From contig JARQWU010000011.1 in the NCBI GenBank assembly GCA_040182905.1, positions 121,414-141,413 of the forward strand: 20,000 bases of DNA, read 5' to 3'. Each line of letters begins with the position of its first letter. Positions within the stretch are counted from its first letter, which is position 1. A program made the position numbers and the translations under genes. Under the pieces are notes generated by a model. It saw only the letters and a list, made by a program, of their open reading frames with translations, did not search any database and was not told the DNA's origin. Below are positions 18,566-20,000 of the stretch, in pieces. Source of the DNA: Barthelona sp. PAP020. Lineage: Eukaryota.

Positions 18566-18608
18566 ATTTTTAACAAAAAAAAGATTTGATAAATTTTTTT
18601 TGTTTGGT
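18566..18608. promoter_or_regulatory. Putative ultra-short bidirectional promoter region
   Basis: 43 bp, almost all A/T, between two divergent ATGs (18565 on - and 18609 on +). Confidence 0.45.
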
Positions 18609-19679
18609 ATGAATTTGGGAAATATTAATCCAAGATTAAATCGTGAAAAATTACGAGAAAAATCTGCTATTTTACAAGAAAGAGATTTGCATTCCATGAT
18701 CTTTTATTCTTATCAAGTTGACAATTTGTCATCTTTGTCAAATTTTTTTAATGATAAAGTTTTTGATCGATTATCAAAAATTATACCTTCGAAAGTTACC
18801 CCCCATACTTTATCCTTGAGTTCATTGTTGATATTTTTCTTATTTTTTATATTAGGGGGTTTTTTCAATTTAACTGTATTTTTAATCATTGGATTCGTTC
18901 TTTCTGAATTAATATTGTCTTTAGTTGTGCCCTTTGCCAGTCATAACAACAATATAAACGCCCTAACAATATATTTCAAACAAAATATTGAATCATTGAT
19001 TTGGCTTTTGATGAATATGTTTTTCCCCTTGTTTTTGGTCAAAATGGAAAAATTTGATGTCTTTTTTTTCATATGGTTTTTTTGTTCTTTGTCATCATTG
19101 GTTCAATTTATTTGCAATTATTTATTTGAAAGAGAGATTGTCACTGTTTTCAATTCTTCAATTGAAAAAGTAATAGTTATTCTTGTTGTTTATTTATTTT
19201 TTGATGAAACTTATTTGATTAAGTTTTTTTTCAGCATTACTGTGTTGATTACATATAATTGCGGTAATATAATAAATAGTTTCAAGTTGTTAGCCTTCGA
19301 GAAGAAACTTGGTGATTTTAAAAGTTTTTCAAAGTATTTATTGCAACTATTCATCACATTTTGCATAATTTACATTATTCAAATTCGTTTCAATCATTTT
19401 GCTGATGAAAAATTTTTTTTTACTTTTATTTGTTTTATTGTTATCAGTTTTCAAATAAATAAAATGATTTTAAGTAATCTTTTGAGAAAATTACCCAGTT
19501 ATATTGTTTATATTTTGACTTTGATGGCGTTGGGAATTCTTTTCGGTGATGTGTTTCTCTTTGTGATTGGAATATTAACTACTCTATCCTTTGTTCATTT
19601 TAATCTGCGTATTTTAAGTCAATATATCTCAACAACAAAAAATAAAGTTTTCACTGTTCCAAAGAAACCTACTTCATAA
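18609..19679 (+). CDS. Choline/ethanolamine phosphotransferase (CEPT/EPT)-like membrane protein with degenerate catalytic motif
   Basis: N-terminal YSYQVDNLSSLS...IPSKVTPHTLSL corresponds to the CEPT consensus YKY...D.S.L....P.W.APN.ITL. Many TM segments, and a C-terminal KNKVFTVP similar to the 'I..F.I' end of CEPTs. The D-G-xx-A-R...G-xxx-D-xxx-D motif is absent. Confidence 0.65.
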   Translation: MNLGNINPRLNREKLREKSAILQERDLHSMIFYSYQVDNLSSLSNFFNDKVFDRLSKIIPSKVTPHTLSLSSLLIFFLFFILGGFFNLTVFLIIGFVLSELILSLVVPFASHNNNINALTIYFKQNIESLIWLLMNMFFPLFLVKMEKFDVFFFIWFFCSLSSLVQFICNYLFEREIVTVFNSSIEKVIVILVVYLFFDETYLIKFFFSITVLITYNCGNIINSFKLLAFEKKLGDFKSFSKYLLQLFITFCIIYIIQIRFNHFADEKFFFTFICFIVISFQINKMILSNLLRKLPSYIVYILTLMALGILFGDVFLFVIGILTTLSFVHFNLRILSQYISTTKNKVFTVPKKPTS

Positions 19680-19795
19680 ATATATATTGTTATACATTTC
19701 CTTTTTTGGTAATCTTATTTATTGTTTTGTTGCTGTCTCCCTTTAAGAGAAAAAAATAAAATTTGACTGCCAATTTTTTTTTTAAATTAAATACA

Positions 19796-20000
19796 ATGCC
19801 TGAATTAACTTTGAAGAGTGTTATCGGATATTCTGGATCAGTGAAAAACGGTTTGATTCAACATCCCAATGGAAAGTATGTATTTTATCCCTTGGGTTCA
19901 AATATCATTAAAAAAACCGGATCCAACAATTTCACATTTTTTAGGGGTCACACAGATGAAGTAACTTGTCTCTCTCTTTCAAATGATGGTAGATACTTAG
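19796..20000 (+). CDS. CFAP52: CFAP52/WDR16 WD40 axonemal inner protein, 5' part (runs off the window; not in the ORF track)
   Basis: Translates MPELTLKSVIGYSGSVKNGLIQHPNGKYVFYPLGSNIIKKTGSNNFTFFRGHTDEVTCLSLSNDGRYL, matching the CFAP52 N-terminus (L.L..VIGF.G.V..GL..HP.....YPLG...GH...V.C...S..G.Y). Confidence 0.88.
   Translation, partial: MPELTLKSVIGYSGSVKNGLIQHPNGKYVFYPLGSNIIKKTGSNNFTFFRGHTDEVTCLSLSNDGRYL

Noticed and set aside
18566..18697. 44-aa N-terminal extension of the TEX264-like ORF, implying a true antisense coding overlap
   Set aside because: The extension is the antisense of the CEPT-like N-terminus plus an A/T spacer, and TEX264-type proteins begin with the TM anchor at 18565.
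19680..19795. RFX X-box upstream of the ciliary genes
   Set aside because: Only a GTTGCT half-site is present; there is no full palindromic X-box before CFAP52 or the CFAP157-like gene.
1..20000. Alternative genetic code (stop-codon reassignment)
   Set aside because: All genes translate fully with the standard code and end at TAA or TGA, with no in-frame stops within conserved regions.

Overview
AT-rich, gene-dense, apparently intron-less eukaryotic nuclear DNA. The axonemal genes CFAP65, CFAP52 and a CFAP157-like gene point to a flagellated protist. The window holds 12 protein-coding genes in three co-directional blocks. Block 1 (+): CFAP65 (5' end outside the window), an LCAT/PLA2G15 lipase, a PH-like+UBA protein and an SRD5A3-like reductase. 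Block 2 (-): XPB helicase, a CFAP157-like coiled-coil protein, REV1, a DEDDy 3'-5' exonuclease, a TOM1/GPR137-like membrane protein and a TEX264-like GyrI protein. Block 3 (+): a CEPT-like protein and the start of CFAP52. The standard genetic code fits all genes, and I saw no mobile elements, CRISPR arrays, rRNA or tRNA. Main observations: (i) a CEPT/EPT paralogue that has lost its whole catalytic motif, head-to-head 43 bp from (ii) a compact TEX264-like protein with a C-terminal LIR-like motif but no disordered linker; (iii) a REV1 without a BRCT domain; (iv) an unexplained, hairpin-rich ~830 bp gap at the convergent strand switch that may hide ncRNA gene(s). All family assignments come from motif recognition by eye, not database searches.
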